Origin: Syntrophorhabdaceae bacterium
Lineage (GTDB): Bacteria > Desulfobacterota > Syntrophorhabdia > Syntrophorhabdales > Syntrophorhabdaceae
Length of the DNA stretch: 64,000 nucleotides
Reading direction: 5' to 3'
NCBI GenBank assembly: GCA_963665295.1
Contig: OY762209.1
Coordinates: forward strand, 928,001 to 992,000
Below are positions 27,379 through 37,746 of the stretch, piece after piece (the first letter of the stretch is position 1; each line of letters opens with the position of its first letter). Position numbers and translations under genes: made by a program. The notes beneath the pieces were generated by a model that saw only the letters and a program-made list of their open reading frames with translations, was not told where the DNA came from and did no database searches.

Positions 27379-27854
27379 TGGAGGTGTCCGCCTTTCTTGT
27401 TTCCCGACGCCGCTGCCGACACCGCTTCCACGATCTTCTGATAGCCCGTGCACCGGCACAGGTTCCCGCTTATGCCTTCCCTGATTTCAGCCTCCGTAGG
27501 GTTTGGGCAACGGGAAAGAAGGTCGAGGGACGCCATCACCATGCCCGGGGTGCAAAACCCGCACTGGATAGCGCCATGCTCTATGAAGGCCTTCTGAAGG
27601 GGGTGGAGTTCCCCGTCCCGCGCCAGCCCTTCAATGGTCATGACCTCGGTCCCGTCGAGTTGAGGCGCGAGCATAAGGCAGGCGAGCCTGCTCTCCCGGT
27701 TCACGAAGATGGTGCAGGCCCCGCATTCACCCGTGCCGCACCCTTCTTTTGTGCCGGTCATCGACAGGTCCTCACGGAGCAGATCGATCACCCTCCGTCT
27801 CTCGTCCGTATCCACAACCCTTTCCTCCCCATTCAAGGTGAAACGTATCTTCAC
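27375..27854 (-). CDS. Xanthine dehydrogenase family 2Fe-2S subunit
   Basis: GTKEGCGTGECGAC, QCGFCTPG, NLCRCTGY; GTGA overlap. Confidence 0.93.
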   Translation of the reverse strand: MKIRFTLNGEERVVDTDERRRVIDLLREDLSMTGTKEGCGTGECGACTIFVNRESRLACLMLAPQLDGTEVMTIEGLARDGELHPLQKAFIEHGAIQCGFCTPGMVMASLDLLSRCPNPTEAEIREGISGNLCRCTGYQKIVEAVSAAASGNKKGGHLQ

Positions 27855-30154
27855 GAGTCGCTTTCCTCCGGTTTTTTGGATAAAAGGGCTGTCCTCACGG
27901 CTTCGCCGGTGAAGGGCGCACGAAAAATCCTCTTCCCCCATGCGTCGCAGATGGCGTTTCCTATGGCGGGCAGGGGCCCGCTCATGCCGATTTCTCCCGC
28001 GCCCTTCAATCCGAAAGGTCCTGTCTCCTCGGCCATTTCAAGGGGTACGGAGTCCATTCGCGGTATGTCCATGGAAGTGGGTATGATGTACGTGGCAAGG
28101 TCCTTTGTGACGATACCTCCGTCCGTGACCTTGAAGTCCTCGATCAGGGCGTACCCGATGCCCTGGGCAATAGCGCCCTCGATCTGCTGTTCATACACCT
28201 GGGGGTTCATGACCTTGCCCGCGTCGGTGACCGCAAGGTAACGCACGATCTCCACCTGTCCGGTAAGGGTGTCGATCTCCACATACACGAGGTGGGCGCC
28301 GTAGGAGAAGATGAGGTGGGGCCCCATGTAAATGGCGTCAAGCCTTTCCCGGGTCACGGGCATCCTGAAATATCCCGTGGCCGTCCTTGCCGCCTCATCC
28401 ATGAGGGCTGCCAATTCTTGCAGATAGGACTCTTTCCCTGTCGGAGTGTGGCGAACGCGACCCGGCAGAAGGATGAACTCCTCCGGCCGCGATCCCGTCA
28501 GGCGAGCGGCGGCAGCGTTGAGGATAGCCTTCTTGAGGCTCGTGGCGGCCTCGATGAGGGCGTTGCCGAAGGTGTAGGTGGTCCGGCTTGCCGACGAGGA
28601 ACCCGACGGCAGGGTGTGCGCCGTGTCGGGCAAGACCAGTTCCATTGTGGCGCCGTTTTGACCAAGAATATGGCCTGCGATCTGCTCATAGGTGCTCGCG
28701 TTCCCCTGCCCCATATCCACCACGCCCGCATAGACCCGGATCTTACCCTCCGGGGTAAGCTCGATCTTTGCGCGGGCCTCGTCGGGCACCATGGGCGGGT
28801 AACCCATGGCATGGGCCATACATGCAAGCCCTACTCCCCGGACCTTAAACAGGCCCGCTTCCTTTTTCCACGCAGTCCTGTTCTTCCATAGAGGATGGCG
28901 GGAAACGGTCTCCAGGCATTCGGCAGCACCGGTGGAGTTAGTGAGCGTCACGCCGGGACAATTCTTGTCACCCCTCCGCACCACGTTCCTGAGGCGGATC
29001 GCAAGGGGATCGATGCCGAGCCTATGGGCCGCCATGTCAACCATCTGTTCCATGGCGGCGGTTACCTGGGGCACGCCGAAACCGCGGAAGGGGCCGCCCA
29101 CCGGGTTGTTCGTATAGAGGGCCCACCCTTTTATACTCACGTTCGGAATGCGGTAGGCAGAGCCTGCGTGTTCGACGCCGAGGGTCATAATCTCCCCGCC
29201 GAGGGGCGAATACGCGCCGCCGTCGTAATAAACCCTGCATTCAAGGGCATGAAACGTGCCGTCCCGCTTCGCTCCCAACCGGTAATACATGGTTGCAGAG
29301 AGGCGTTTCACCCCTGCCAGAAAACTCTCTTCCCTGTCCCACCACATCTTTACGGGCCTGCCGCGGGAATAAAGCACGGCAAGAGCGAGGAGGCACTGGA
29401 CCGTGATGCCGTCCTTGCCGCCGAAAGCGCCGCCGAGATAGGGCGCGATAACGCGGATACGCTCGGGGTCCGTTCCCAGGACCGGGGCTATCTCGAAGCG
29501 GTCGCGGAAGGGCGTCTGGGTAGAGGCAACGATCACCCAGGTCCCGTCCTCCTCACGATAGGCCCACCCTGCCTCGGTCTCAAGGTAGGCATGTTCCTGC
29601 ACGGGCGTTTCGAACATGCCCTCCACCACCACGTCACACTCATTCATGGCCTGAACGCACGCCCCGGTCTCCACTGACGCGGCCTTTATCACATTCCCTT
29701 CCGGGTTATCCTCGTGAACAGGGGGAGAGGTTTCTTTCAAGGCCTCTTCCACGGAAAATATGCCGGGCAAGGGCTCATATTCAAGGACAATACGGCTGAT
29801 AGCTTCTTTCAGGGCTTCACGGCTCTCCGCGAGCACGAGGGCGACCGCTTCTCCCGAGTGGCGTATCCTGGTCTCGGCGAGGACCGGCTGGTTCCTCCTG
29901 ATGATTCCTATCCTGTTCTCTCCGGGGATGTCTTTATAGGTGAGGACGGCAACGCATCCGGGCACCGCCTCCGCATCCTTCGTATGGATGCGCTTGAGCG
30001 CCGCGTGGGGCACGCCCGCCCGTTTTGCCCCTGCCCATAGAAAATCACTGTCATAATAGTCAGCGGCGTACTTCTCTTCCCCCGTAACCTTGGCGCGGGC
30101 ATCCGCCCGGGGCGCTGTTTTTCCTATTTCATAAGGGACACTGTCGGTCTTCAT
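27851..30154 (-). CDS. Xanthine dehydrogenase family molybdopterin-binding subunit
   Basis: KVTGEEKY, GGAFGGK, FRGFG, DMGQG, ASRT, KGAGE. Confidence 0.93.
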   Translation of the reverse strand: MKTDSVPYEIGKTAPRADARAKVTGEEKYAADYYDSDFLWAGAKRAGVPHAALKRIHTKDAEAVPGCVAVLTYKDIPGENRIGIIRRNQPVLAETRIRHSGEAVALVLAESREALKEAISRIVLEYEPLPGIFSVEEALKETSPPVHEDNPEGNVIKAASVETGACVQAMNECDVVVEGMFETPVQEHAYLETEAGWAYREEDGTWVIVASTQTPFRDRFEIAPVLGTDPERIRVIAPYLGGAFGGKDGITVQCLLALAVLYSRGRPVKMWWDREESFLAGVKRLSATMYYRLGAKRDGTFHALECRVYYDGGAYSPLGGEIMTLGVEHAGSAYRIPNVSIKGWALYTNNPVGGPFRGFGVPQVTAAMEQMVDMAAHRLGIDPLAIRLRNVVRRGDKNCPGVTLTNSTGAAECLETVSRHPLWKNRTAWKKEAGLFKVRGVGLACMAHAMGYPPMVPDEARAKIELTPEGKIRVYAGVVDMGQGNASTYEQIAGHILGQNGATMELVLPDTAHTLPSGSSSASRTTYTFGNALIEAATSLKKAILNAAAARLTGSRPEEFILLPGRVRHTPTGKESYLQELAALMDEAARTATGYFRMPVTRERLDAIYMGPHLIFSYGAHLVYVEIDTLTGQVEIVRYLAVTDAGKVMNPQVYEQQIEGAIAQGIGYALIEDFKVTDGGIVTKDLATYIIPTSMDIPRMDSVPLEMAEETGPFGLKGAGEIGMSGPLPAIGNAICDAWGKRIFRAPFTGEAVRTALLSKKPEESDS

Positions 30155-30324
30155 GGCCTCACCCAGCCCTATGCTCATCGCCGTGAAATGCGGCCGTTCC
30201 GCAAGATGGCGATACCGGCATATTCGCCTTGAATATTACATTTGTCGGCAAAGGAATGACAAGATTTATTTTCTATGAACGCGGGCCTTTGCGACCAAGT
30301 TCGCCGGCCGACGGCAAAAGCGTG

Positions 30325-31323
30325 TCAGGTTGTTGTTGCCGGCCAATCGGCCTTGATAAACTCAAGGATCTTCTTTGCCCGGTCAGAAAAGAGGTGAATC
30401 CCCTCCCAGTCCGGTGGCGTGAGGGTCTTCTGCATGAGCAGCCCGTCTTCACCAAACCACCGGGGCAGTATGCCGCCAAAGGCGTAGCCATTGTTCTTCA
30501 AGACAGCGACAACCTCGCCGACCCATGGCCGCGACAATTTCAGCCATACCTGGATGACCTCCACATGCCGACCGAGAACGCACTCCTCTTCGGCAAGGAG
30601 GGTTCGCTCAAAGGAGGACCCTGCCTCGTGGACGGTCAGGCGGGCCACCTGGGCAGAGTCGAATACCTCCGTATCGATCCGGGTCTGCTGCGAAGCGGGA
30701 AGATCGCCCCCTGATCGGGAGAATGACCGTCCATCGTCAAGGCCCTGGTAGATATAGCGGAAGTACTCCTCATATATTTCAGGCACATGTACCGTGTGAG
30801 GCTTCGGTTCTACGGTGATGAACATGAGAAGCGTCGATACCCGCCCCAACGCGCTCTTCTCCTTTTCGTATGCCTCCGCAGGCATAAGCCCGATCTCAAG
30901 GGCCGTCTCCACGAAGGGCAGCTCGGCGAGGGCAGCCTTCTGAATATAAATGTGATTGCAGACAGGCTCCCCGAAAAGCACGGTTATGTTCCCGATACCG
31001 GACAACGCCTCTTTCACGCACCGAAAGATCATCCTCATTACGCCCGCGTTCCGGAAAGCGGGCGAAACCGCCCCGTTCCCCTTCTCATAGACCCCTTTGT
31101 CGGGGGCGGCGCGGAACAGGGAGCTATACCCCACAACCCTGTTGTCGGGCGTGCGCACTACGATCGGTATCTGCTCGCGGTTTTCGAATGCAGCCACAAG
31201 CCGGTCGGGATGATAGACTATCTTTGCGGGATATTCGTCTCCATACACTTCGGTAAAGAGCCTCGCCACCCCCTCCGCGTCTTCGGGTCGAAAGAAACCG
31301 ACAGTTAACGTATCGCTGTTCAT
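30325..31323 (-). CDS. GNAT-like hypothetical protein
   Basis: FRPEDAEGVARLF...VSPAFRNAG acetyl-CoA-loop-like motif; RBS AAGGAG before ATG 31323. Confidence 0.65.
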   Translation of the reverse strand: MNSDTLTVGFFRPEDAEGVARLFTEVYGDEYPAKIVYHPDRLVAAFENREQIPIVVRTPDNRVVGYSSLFRAAPDKGVYEKGNGAVSPAFRNAGVMRMIFRCVKEALSGIGNITVLFGEPVCNHIYIQKAALAELPFVETALEIGLMPAEAYEKEKSALGRVSTLLMFITVEPKPHTVHVPEIYEEYFRYIYQGLDDGRSFSRSGGDLPASQQTRIDTEVFDSAQVARLTVHEAGSSFERTLLAEEECVLGRHVEVIQVWLKLSRPWVGEVVAVLKNNGYAFGGILPRWFGEDGLLMQKTLTPPDWEGIHLFSDRAKKILEFIKADWPATTT

Positions 31324-31587
31324 GGTCACTCCTTTCATTGCCCGGGTTCACCCGGTGTCTCTCGTTTTGCGAACAGATTCATGAGTCCGTGCAAAAAGAC
31401 TCATCGTCACCCCTCACGACCCTCGAAGGGGCCGTGAAACATCTGCCGCCTGATTGACCAAACCCCATCGTGTACCAAAACAGTCTACCCCACGGCAACC
31501 GTGGAAGGCAACCCCCAATCAGATTCGCGCCCCTGACCGGGTTCCCCTCTTCGCGGGGTTGCCTGTTGCCTGTTGCCTGGATGCTGC

Positions 31588-33156
31588 CTAACGGGACTTC
31601 CTGTAGGGGATCCCCAGTCTATTCATCTTGCTTCTCAAGGTGCTGGGCTTCACCTGAAGGAGGTCCGCCGCCCCGCGAGGCCCGTAGACCCGTCCATTTG
31701 ACTCTTTGAGGGCGCGCATGATGTGGTCTGATATGGCGGCATCCAACGGCCACGGCCCGTTCTCCTCCGAAGAGGGCGCGGGGTTCTCCCGGTTCTCCTC
31801 CCGGGTCAACAGCCGGCTGAAGGTGAGGGGGCCGCCTCCGCTCAGGATCAGGGCGCGTTCAATCACATTCTCCAATTCCCGCACATTGCCGGGCCAGTCA
31901 TACGACATGAGCCGGTCAATCGCCCCGGGGGCCGGTCCCTGGGGAGCGGGAAGTCTCAAGTCCCTTGATTTTCGTTGTACGAAATGGTCCACAAGGGTGG
32001 GGATGTCCCTAATTCTCTCCCGCAATGGAGGAATCACGATAGGGAAGACATTAAGGCGGAACCACAGGTCTTCCCGGAACTGCCCTGTCCTCACCATTTC
32101 TTCGAGGTTACGATGTGTGGCGGCCAGTATCCTTATATTGACGGAGACCGGCGCCGTTCCCCCGACCCGTTGAATCTCTTTGTACTGGATTACCCGAAGG
32201 AGCCTCACCTGGGCCGGAAGAGGCAGTTCGCCGATCTCGTCGAGGAAGATGGTGCCCCTGTCCGCCCGCTCGAAACATCCCCTGTTTTGCGCAACGGCTC
32301 CGGTAAAAGCCCCTCTTTCGTGCCCGAACAGTTCACTGTCTATGAGGGTCTCCGGGATGGCTCCGCAGTTTACCTTTATAAAGGGGCCGTCGTTCCGGGG
32401 CGACGAGTAGTGGATTGCATGGGCTATCACGTCCTTGCCCACCCCCGTCTCACCGCGAAGCAGCACGGGGCTGTCGAGATGGGCGACGCGCTGCGCCATA
32501 TCCATCACGCCCTTGAGGCCGGACTCCGCGCCTATGATCGCGTCTCCCGAGAGGCGGAACAATTCCCTGTTGAGATAGCGGTTATCGTCGGCCAGCATGT
32601 CCTTGAGCTTCAGGACCTCCTGGTGTTTGAGGGCATTTGACAGGGCGATCACAAAAGGTTCGTGGAGGAACGAAAGGAGTCTGGCGTCTTCCTCCGTATA
32701 TCTTCCCCGGCCCTTCACGCCAAGCATGAGGTCCCCGAGATACGTGTGTCCGTCCTTGAGGCTCATGAGGAGGACCGAGGAGTCACGTAATTCAACGTAC
32801 TGTGAAAATTGCTCGATTACGGGATCGTCCTCCGGGCGATTGACGATCCGCATCTCCACCGGCTTGAGTCCCGGACGGTCGATCACGAGGGCGCCGGGAA
32901 TGCTCTGTTCGTCCAGTTTGTCTCTCAGCTCCCGGGGCAGCGGGGTGAGGACATTGAGTTCCTTCTCCTCGTCCTGCGTGGCGAGGAGAACGGTTCGCAT
33001 GGCGCCGAGATCCGGTTCGTAAATAAGGAGGCTTATCCGGTCCACGGGCATGACCTGTTCAAGATAATGGAGGCAGCGGCGCATGGCTTCCTCTATATCG
33101 AGACTTCCGCAAATCCGGAGAGTCGCCTGTCTGAAAAAAACGTTCTCGTCGATCAT
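31588..33156 (-). CDS. GAF-domain sigma54 activator (FhlA/NifA-like bEBP)
   Basis: GETGVGKD, GAFTGA, FLDEIGE, WPGNVRELEN and a C-terminal Fis HTH. Confidence 0.95.
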   Translation of the reverse strand: MIDENVFFRQATLRICGSLDIEEAMRRCLHYLEQVMPVDRISLLIYEPDLGAMRTVLLATQDEEKELNVLTPLPRELRDKLDEQSIPGALVIDRPGLKPVEMRIVNRPEDDPVIEQFSQYVELRDSSVLLMSLKDGHTYLGDLMLGVKGRGRYTEEDARLLSFLHEPFVIALSNALKHQEVLKLKDMLADDNRYLNRELFRLSGDAIIGAESGLKGVMDMAQRVAHLDSPVLLRGETGVGKDVIAHAIHYSSPRNDGPFIKVNCGAIPETLIDSELFGHERGAFTGAVAQNRGCFERADRGTIFLDEIGELPLPAQVRLLRVIQYKEIQRVGGTAPVSVNIRILAATHRNLEEMVRTGQFREDLWFRLNVFPIVIPPLRERIRDIPTLVDHFVQRKSRDLRLPAPQGPAPGAIDRLMSYDWPGNVRELENVIERALILSGGGPLTFSRLLTREENRENPAPSSEENGPWPLDAAISDHIMRALKESNGRVYGPRGAADLLQVKPSTLRSKMNRLGIPYRKSR

Positions 33157-33174
33157 GATGCCTCCTCGTGGTAA

Positions 33175-33308
33175 ACGCGATATTACGCCAATATACCACG
33201 TATTGGCGACATAACGCCAGTCAGTTACGCGATATTTCGTGGTAACTTTTGCCGGGCAATTCTACCTGCTTGATATTACGCGTAAATGCAAATGGCATTC
33301 TTCTTGTT
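33175..33308 (+). promoter_or_regulatory. bEBP enhancer repeats plus a sigma54-like promoter for 33343
   Basis: GCGATATTACG-like motif x4 (33175, 33204, 33227, 33270); TGGCAT-N5-TTGT at 33293-33307. Confidence 0.6.
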
Positions 33309-33342
33309 TAAGTAAAGGCAATAACAAATAAGGAGGATTGTC

Positions 33343-33702
33343 ATGACTCACAAGATCAGGCCTTTAATTCTATGTCTCATGGTTTTGGTGTTTGCTGCAC
33401 CGGCTCTTGCAGGAGGGTGTAACTGGTACACAACAAAGGGGAGCGTTTTGGAATCCTCCGGTGATGAGATCAACCTGTGTGTGGGCACAAAAGACGGCGC
33501 TGCCGTGGGACAGGAACTCGACGTGTACAAGATCGTTCACGACGCGAATAGCTGGTGGGGTTTGTCAAAAGAGTATGCAGGAAAGATAAAGATTACCGGG
33601 GTCCTGGACGAACACAGCGCGAAGGCGACGGTTATTTCGGGAAAAGCCGATGTCGACTCCATCGTGGAGCTTTCCATAGCACGGGCAACAGCATCAGGGT
33701 AA
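33343..33702 (+). CDS. Small secreted hypothetical protein (FlgT C-terminal-like beta barrel)
   Basis: RBS AAGGAGG; signal peptide; GTKDGAAVGQELDVY. Confidence 0.7.
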   Translation: MTHKIRPLILCLMVLVFAAPALAGGCNWYTTKGSVLESSGDEINLCVGTKDGAAVGQELDVYKIVHDANSWWGLSKEYAGKIKITGVLDEHSAKATVISGKADVDSIVELSIARATASG

Positions 33703-33717
33703 GAGACGGGCGCGTGG

Positions 33718-34662
33718 TTATTTGCCTGTTTCCCCTGTGCGACCGGGAGAGCCCTCTACGTGCCTGCGGGGCACAGTACATGTCTCATCGGTCAGTTCAC
33801 ATTCGTTGAGACACGGTTCGATGTGAATGACCACATCAAGATTGCCGACCTCCCGGGTCATTGTCAGTTCAAGCTGGTCCGCCAGCTTGTCGGCTTCATC
33901 GATGCTCTCTTTCCTGCAGATAAGGAGATGGAAATCGGTGTATTTCCTGCTTCCCGCGATGCGGCCTCTCATCCTGTGATAGCCTGCATAGGGAAAGGGC
34001 AGCGAATCGATGATTTCCTGCAGTTTCTTTTCTGTGTCAGGGGGGATACTGGCGTCCATAAGACCACCGATGCCGTCCCGAAAGATCTTGAGGGCCGAGA
34101 AGATGATGAGAAAAGCGATGATCACGGAAAACACGAGATCGAAATAGGTCTTGCCTGTGTAGTAGGTAAGAACGATTGCGGCAATGGCAGCGGAGTTGGA
34201 ATAGAGATCGCTGGCATAGTGAAGGGCATCCGCCTTCAGGACGCTCGAATCTGTTTTTTCGCCTGCCTTCCGAAGCACTATCGAGATCATTGCGCTGAAG
34301 ATGAGTGAGAGGATCATTACCCCGAGGTCAAAGCCGGAATAGACGATCGCGCCCTTGTGGACAAATTTGCTGATAGCCGCGTAGAGGATCAAGCCGCCTG
34401 TGAAGATGATCACCAGCGACTGGACTGTGGCGGCTATATTCTCGGTCTTCCCGTGACCGTATTGATGCTTGTAATCGGGCGGCTCCGCCGCTTTTCGTAT
34501 GGCAAGCAGATTCATTCCCGACATGAAGATATCCAAAAGACTGTCAAGGCTTGAGGATATGACCGCCAGAGATCCGGAGGCCAACCCTGCCGCAAACTTG
34601 CAGACCGCGAGAACAAAAGCGGATACTATCGCAAATAGGGAAGCTTTGTACTTGATGTCCAT
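33718..34662 (-). CDS. Cation diffusion facilitator (FieF-like)
   Basis: SLAVISSSLDSLLD, HQYGHGK, ADALHYASD, VIHIEP. Confidence 0.93.
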   Translation of the reverse strand: MDIKYKASLFAIVSAFVLAVCKFAAGLASGSLAVISSSLDSLLDIFMSGMNLLAIRKAAEPPDYKHQYGHGKTENIAATVQSLVIIFTGGLILYAAISKFVHKGAIVYSGFDLGVMILSLIFSAMISIVLRKAGEKTDSSVLKADALHYASDLYSNSAAIAAIVLTYYTGKTYFDLVFSVIIAFLIIFSALKIFRDGIGGLMDASIPPDTEKKLQEIIDSLPFPYAGYHRMRGRIAGSRKYTDFHLLICRKESIDEADKLADQLELTMTREVGNLDVVIHIEPCLNECELTDETCTVPRRHVEGSPGRTGETGK

Positions 34663-35054
34663 GGTTACCTTGTCCGGGCTTCCTGTTCTGTGAAAACGCC
34701 TTCACCTTGCAACTGCCACGGGAGTATCCCTCGCGACGGTTTCATCTCTGGCGACAATATAGTATGTCGTGGTATCAAAAGCAAGCATGGCCCTGCGGGT
34801 TTTCGCTGCTTCACCGAACGCCTCGTGGAACGCGGCACGCCGCCGACGGGAACCAAGCCCTTCCTATGCCGCGCCATAAAATGTTTAACTTCGTATCTTA
34901 CCTGTGGTAACATTTTCTTTTGAAGAAGAGTGCAATATCCGGGTGCACTATAAAAAATTGACTAAAGATTACGCCTGGCATCGGAAAATCCCTTGCAAAT
35001 GACAATCTGGAAGACCGATACGGTGTGGCGTGAAACAACAACAGGAGGAATCAC

Positions 35055-35747
35055 ATGAACAAAAAATTGATCTGGACAAGCATTGTCGCAGTATCTCTGA
35101 TGGGCTGCGCAACCCAGACGCAGACGGGCGCCCTTGTGGGCACCGGCGTGGGCGCCGCGGTGGGGGCCGGCGTCGGGCAGGCGATAGGACGCAACACCTC
35201 TTCGACCCTTGTGGGCGCCGCTATCGGAGCGGCTGCCGGAGGTCTCGTCGGAGGCGCCATAGGCCAATATATGGACAAGCAGGAGCAATCAATGCGCCAG
35301 GCTCTCGCCAACTCGCAGGCGGCAAGCGTTCAGCGGGAACAGGAAGTACTGGCAAGGGCCGGGAACGACAGCACGAGGAAGACCCAGGATGTCCTTACGG
35401 TAACCTTCAAGTCCGATTACCTTTTTGCCACCAACTCCTCCAATCTGCTGCCGGGCGCCTGGCCGGAGGTGGAGCGGGTGTCAAATGTCCTCATGCAATA
35501 TCCTGAAACCACCATCGTGATTTCCGGTCATACCGACAGCGTCGGGGCTCAGGCATACAACCAGAAACTGTCCGAAAGGCGTGCGGAAACCGTCAAGCAG
35601 ACCCTGGTGAAGCTGGGCGTGCCCCCTTCACGGATGACCACCATCGGTTACGGCAAGACCAGGCCCATAGCCTCCAACAACACGGAAGCCGGCCGGCAGT
35701 TGAACAGGCGCGTAGAGATCCGCATCGTGCCTCAGCAGGCGCAATAG
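35055..35747 (+). CDS. OmpA-family lipoprotein with a glycine zipper (YiaD-like)
   Basis: Lipobox LMGC; GHTDSVG...NQKLSERRA...NRRVEI. Confidence 0.93.
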   Translation: MNKKLIWTSIVAVSLMGCATQTQTGALVGTGVGAAVGAGVGQAIGRNTSSTLVGAAIGAAAGGLVGGAIGQYMDKQEQSMRQALANSQAASVQREQEVLARAGNDSTRKTQDVLTVTFKSDYLFATNSSNLLPGAWPEVERVSNVLMQYPETTIVISGHTDSVGAQAYNQKLSERRAETVKQTLVKLGVPPSRMTTIGYGKTRPIASNNTEAGRQLNRRVEIRIVPQQAQ

Positions 35748-36132
35748 CAGCGCCCATACCGCAAACAATTAAGTATCCCGCAAAAGAACGGGGCCGGCAA
35801 ACGGCCCTGTTCCGCGTCTACGGTAATCACCCCCGCCCGAAAACCGCTGCACCGCCTTGACGAACCATAACAAAGGCGGGTATCGATTGCTCAGGCTCCC
35901 TCAGCCTTACCCCGAGCCGTCACCTTCCTGTCCTCTTCCGGGACGGTTGTTTATCCCTGACCTCCCTTTACCTCCCCCCCATTGAAATAGTTGCCCATAA
36001 TCTTCCCTCTGACCGGAGGAATACGGCATGTCCCATTTATCTCGTTTTATTTCTTTTTATCTCCTTTTATTGAAAAGACCTGCTCTTTTGTTATAAAATT
36101 GGAGAGACAATACATACATGAAGGAAACAGCT

Positions 36133-36363
36133 ATGAAGAGAGAAATTATCCATATCGATGAAGAGAAGTGCGATGGTTGCGGAGTATGCGTGCGGTCCTG
36201 CGTGGAAGGGGATCTTCAGTTGGTTGACGGCAAGATACGTCTTTATGCCGAAAAATACTGTGACGGCTGCGCCGCGTGCGTTCCGAAATGTCCATTGGGG
36301 GCCCTCGACATTGAGGTGCGCGAAGCCGATGAATATCAGGAATTAGTAAATGTGCGGTGCTGA
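36133..36363 (+). CDS. 2x[4Fe-4S] ferredoxin
   Basis: CDGCGVCVRSC and CDGCAACVPKCP; promoter-like TTGAAA...TATAAAAT at 36070-36099. Confidence 0.88.
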   Translation: MKREIIHIDEEKCDGCGVCVRSCVEGDLQLVDGKIRLYAEKYCDGCAACVPKCPLGALDIEVREADEYQELVNVRC

Positions 36364-36508
36364 TATAATTCGACGTTGAGAGAGGTCTGAATTATACCCC
36401 CCCATTTGTCGTTTCAGACGGTAAATGGTTACTTTTATGCAGAAGTGAAAAAAGGCTCAGAGACAGCATGGCGTAGCGTAATTTGAGATACTATGAAGGG
36501 GGGGCAAG

Positions 36509-37372
36509 ATGAATAGAGACGTGCGCTGTATCAGGGAAGGAATCACCTACAAAACGGTAGTTTTTGCAACTCTGTTGATTTGCTGCATATTACACTTCTT
36601 CTTATCATCGTCCGCAGTGGCGTCATCCCTCAGCAATGTCGTCACGGGAAAGGGCGTCGTCATCACGAAAGATGATTGGTCCCAACTATTTATCAAGGAT
36701 GGGACCATCCAATTTACGGAGACGGAGGGTGTGTTTGTTACGTTTGACGTTCTAGGGTCTTCAGGCGTTACGCAGGTGAAGGTTTCGTGCACCCTCGACG
36801 GAGAGGCCTGCAACGAGCCTTTCCGCACCTTTGGCATTGCGGAGGGAGTAAGCGGCCTTTTCCAACTGAACTTTGTGCCCAGAGGGACCCATTCGGTCGT
36901 CATCACGCTCTTTGATCAGATAGACGGCGAATACCAGGAGGTTGACAGCCGGATACTGTCATTTTCGGTGGAGGCCGGTGCGCACGCCGACCTGGCCGGC
37001 GCAGTCTCGGGAAACAGGTTGATCATGGGTGACGGCATGCCTCCGTGGAGGTTCGACGTCGAGAAACAATATCACCCGACCCGCCTTAGACGCGATATGC
37101 CTTTATTCACCGCGGTGAGGCTCACAAACATAATTGGGTGCAACAAGTACCAGGTAAAGGTCGGTTTCCGGAAGGGCGGGAAGAACATAGAGGGCTTCTC
37201 AAAGGAGTACGATACTCAAGGCCTCTACAAAAGTGAAGAATACGTCTGGATAGCGCAACCCGCCGATAGCCTGGAAAAAGGTGGATACAGGCGAACCATT
37301 TCGATCAGTTACGACGGCGGTCCTTTTACGGAGTTAAAAGAGAACGGCACAAAGCTGTTTTCGATCTACTGA
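36509..37372 (+). CDS. Secreted hypothetical protein
   Basis: 287-aa ORF with a G-rich RBS and signal-like N-terminus. Confidence 0.7.
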   Translation: MNRDVRCIREGITYKTVVFATLLICCILHFFLSSSAVASSLSNVVTGKGVVITKDDWSQLFIKDGTIQFTETEGVFVTFDVLGSSGVTQVKVSCTLDGEACNEPFRTFGIAEGVSGLFQLNFVPRGTHSVVITLFDQIDGEYQEVDSRILSFSVEAGAHADLAGAVSGNRLIMGDGMPPWRFDVEKQYHPTRLRRDMPLFTAVRLTNIIGCNKYQVKVGFRKGGKNIEGFSKEYDTQGLYKSEEYVWIAQPADSLEKGGYRRTISISYDGGPFTELKENGTKLFSIY

Positions 37373-37491
37373 AGCCTGTCAGAAAATGCCGATGTCGCGA
37401 GATCCTATGCGCTTAGCCTGTAAACCGATAACCCACGCCCCGCGGTTTCTCCGGACAAGCATAGATATCAAAGGCCTCCCACAGAGCTCCC
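37322..37491 (+). repeat. About 170-bp inverted repeat, copy 1 (partner 43891-44062)
   Basis: Reverse complement of 43891-44062, including a 60-bp perfect stretch. Confidence 0.92.
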
Positions 37492-37746
37492 TCCAGACGG
37501 ATGCGTCCCTGTGCCTTTTCCCGTGATAGTTGTTTCGCTACGATGCCCTCTCGCCCCTCTGCTCCGTTTCAGGAAGGAGCCGTCAAAAGTTGTATCGCCG
37601 GGTCTTGGCGAATACACCTCCTCGAAAATTAGCCGGCACCTGCAAGTGAAACCTGAGGCCGTCATCGGCAGCCTTGGCAAAAGGAACCCCAGGATTCCTC
37701 TTGCCAAGGATCTTGATCTGCTAATTTCTAATCGTTATGCAAATTG

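Noticed and set aside
26488..30154. 4-hydroxybenzoyl-CoA reductase (hcrABC) or CO dehydrogenase assignment
   Set aside because: The FAD subunit lacks the Cys-rich 4Fe-4S insertion of HcrB and the large subunit lacks the CoxL AYxCSFR loop. The substrate is left unassigned.
30155..30324. Moco or purine riboswitch ahead of the molybdoenzyme operon
   Set aside because: No recognisable conserved aptamer motifs by eye; an Rfam scan would be needed.
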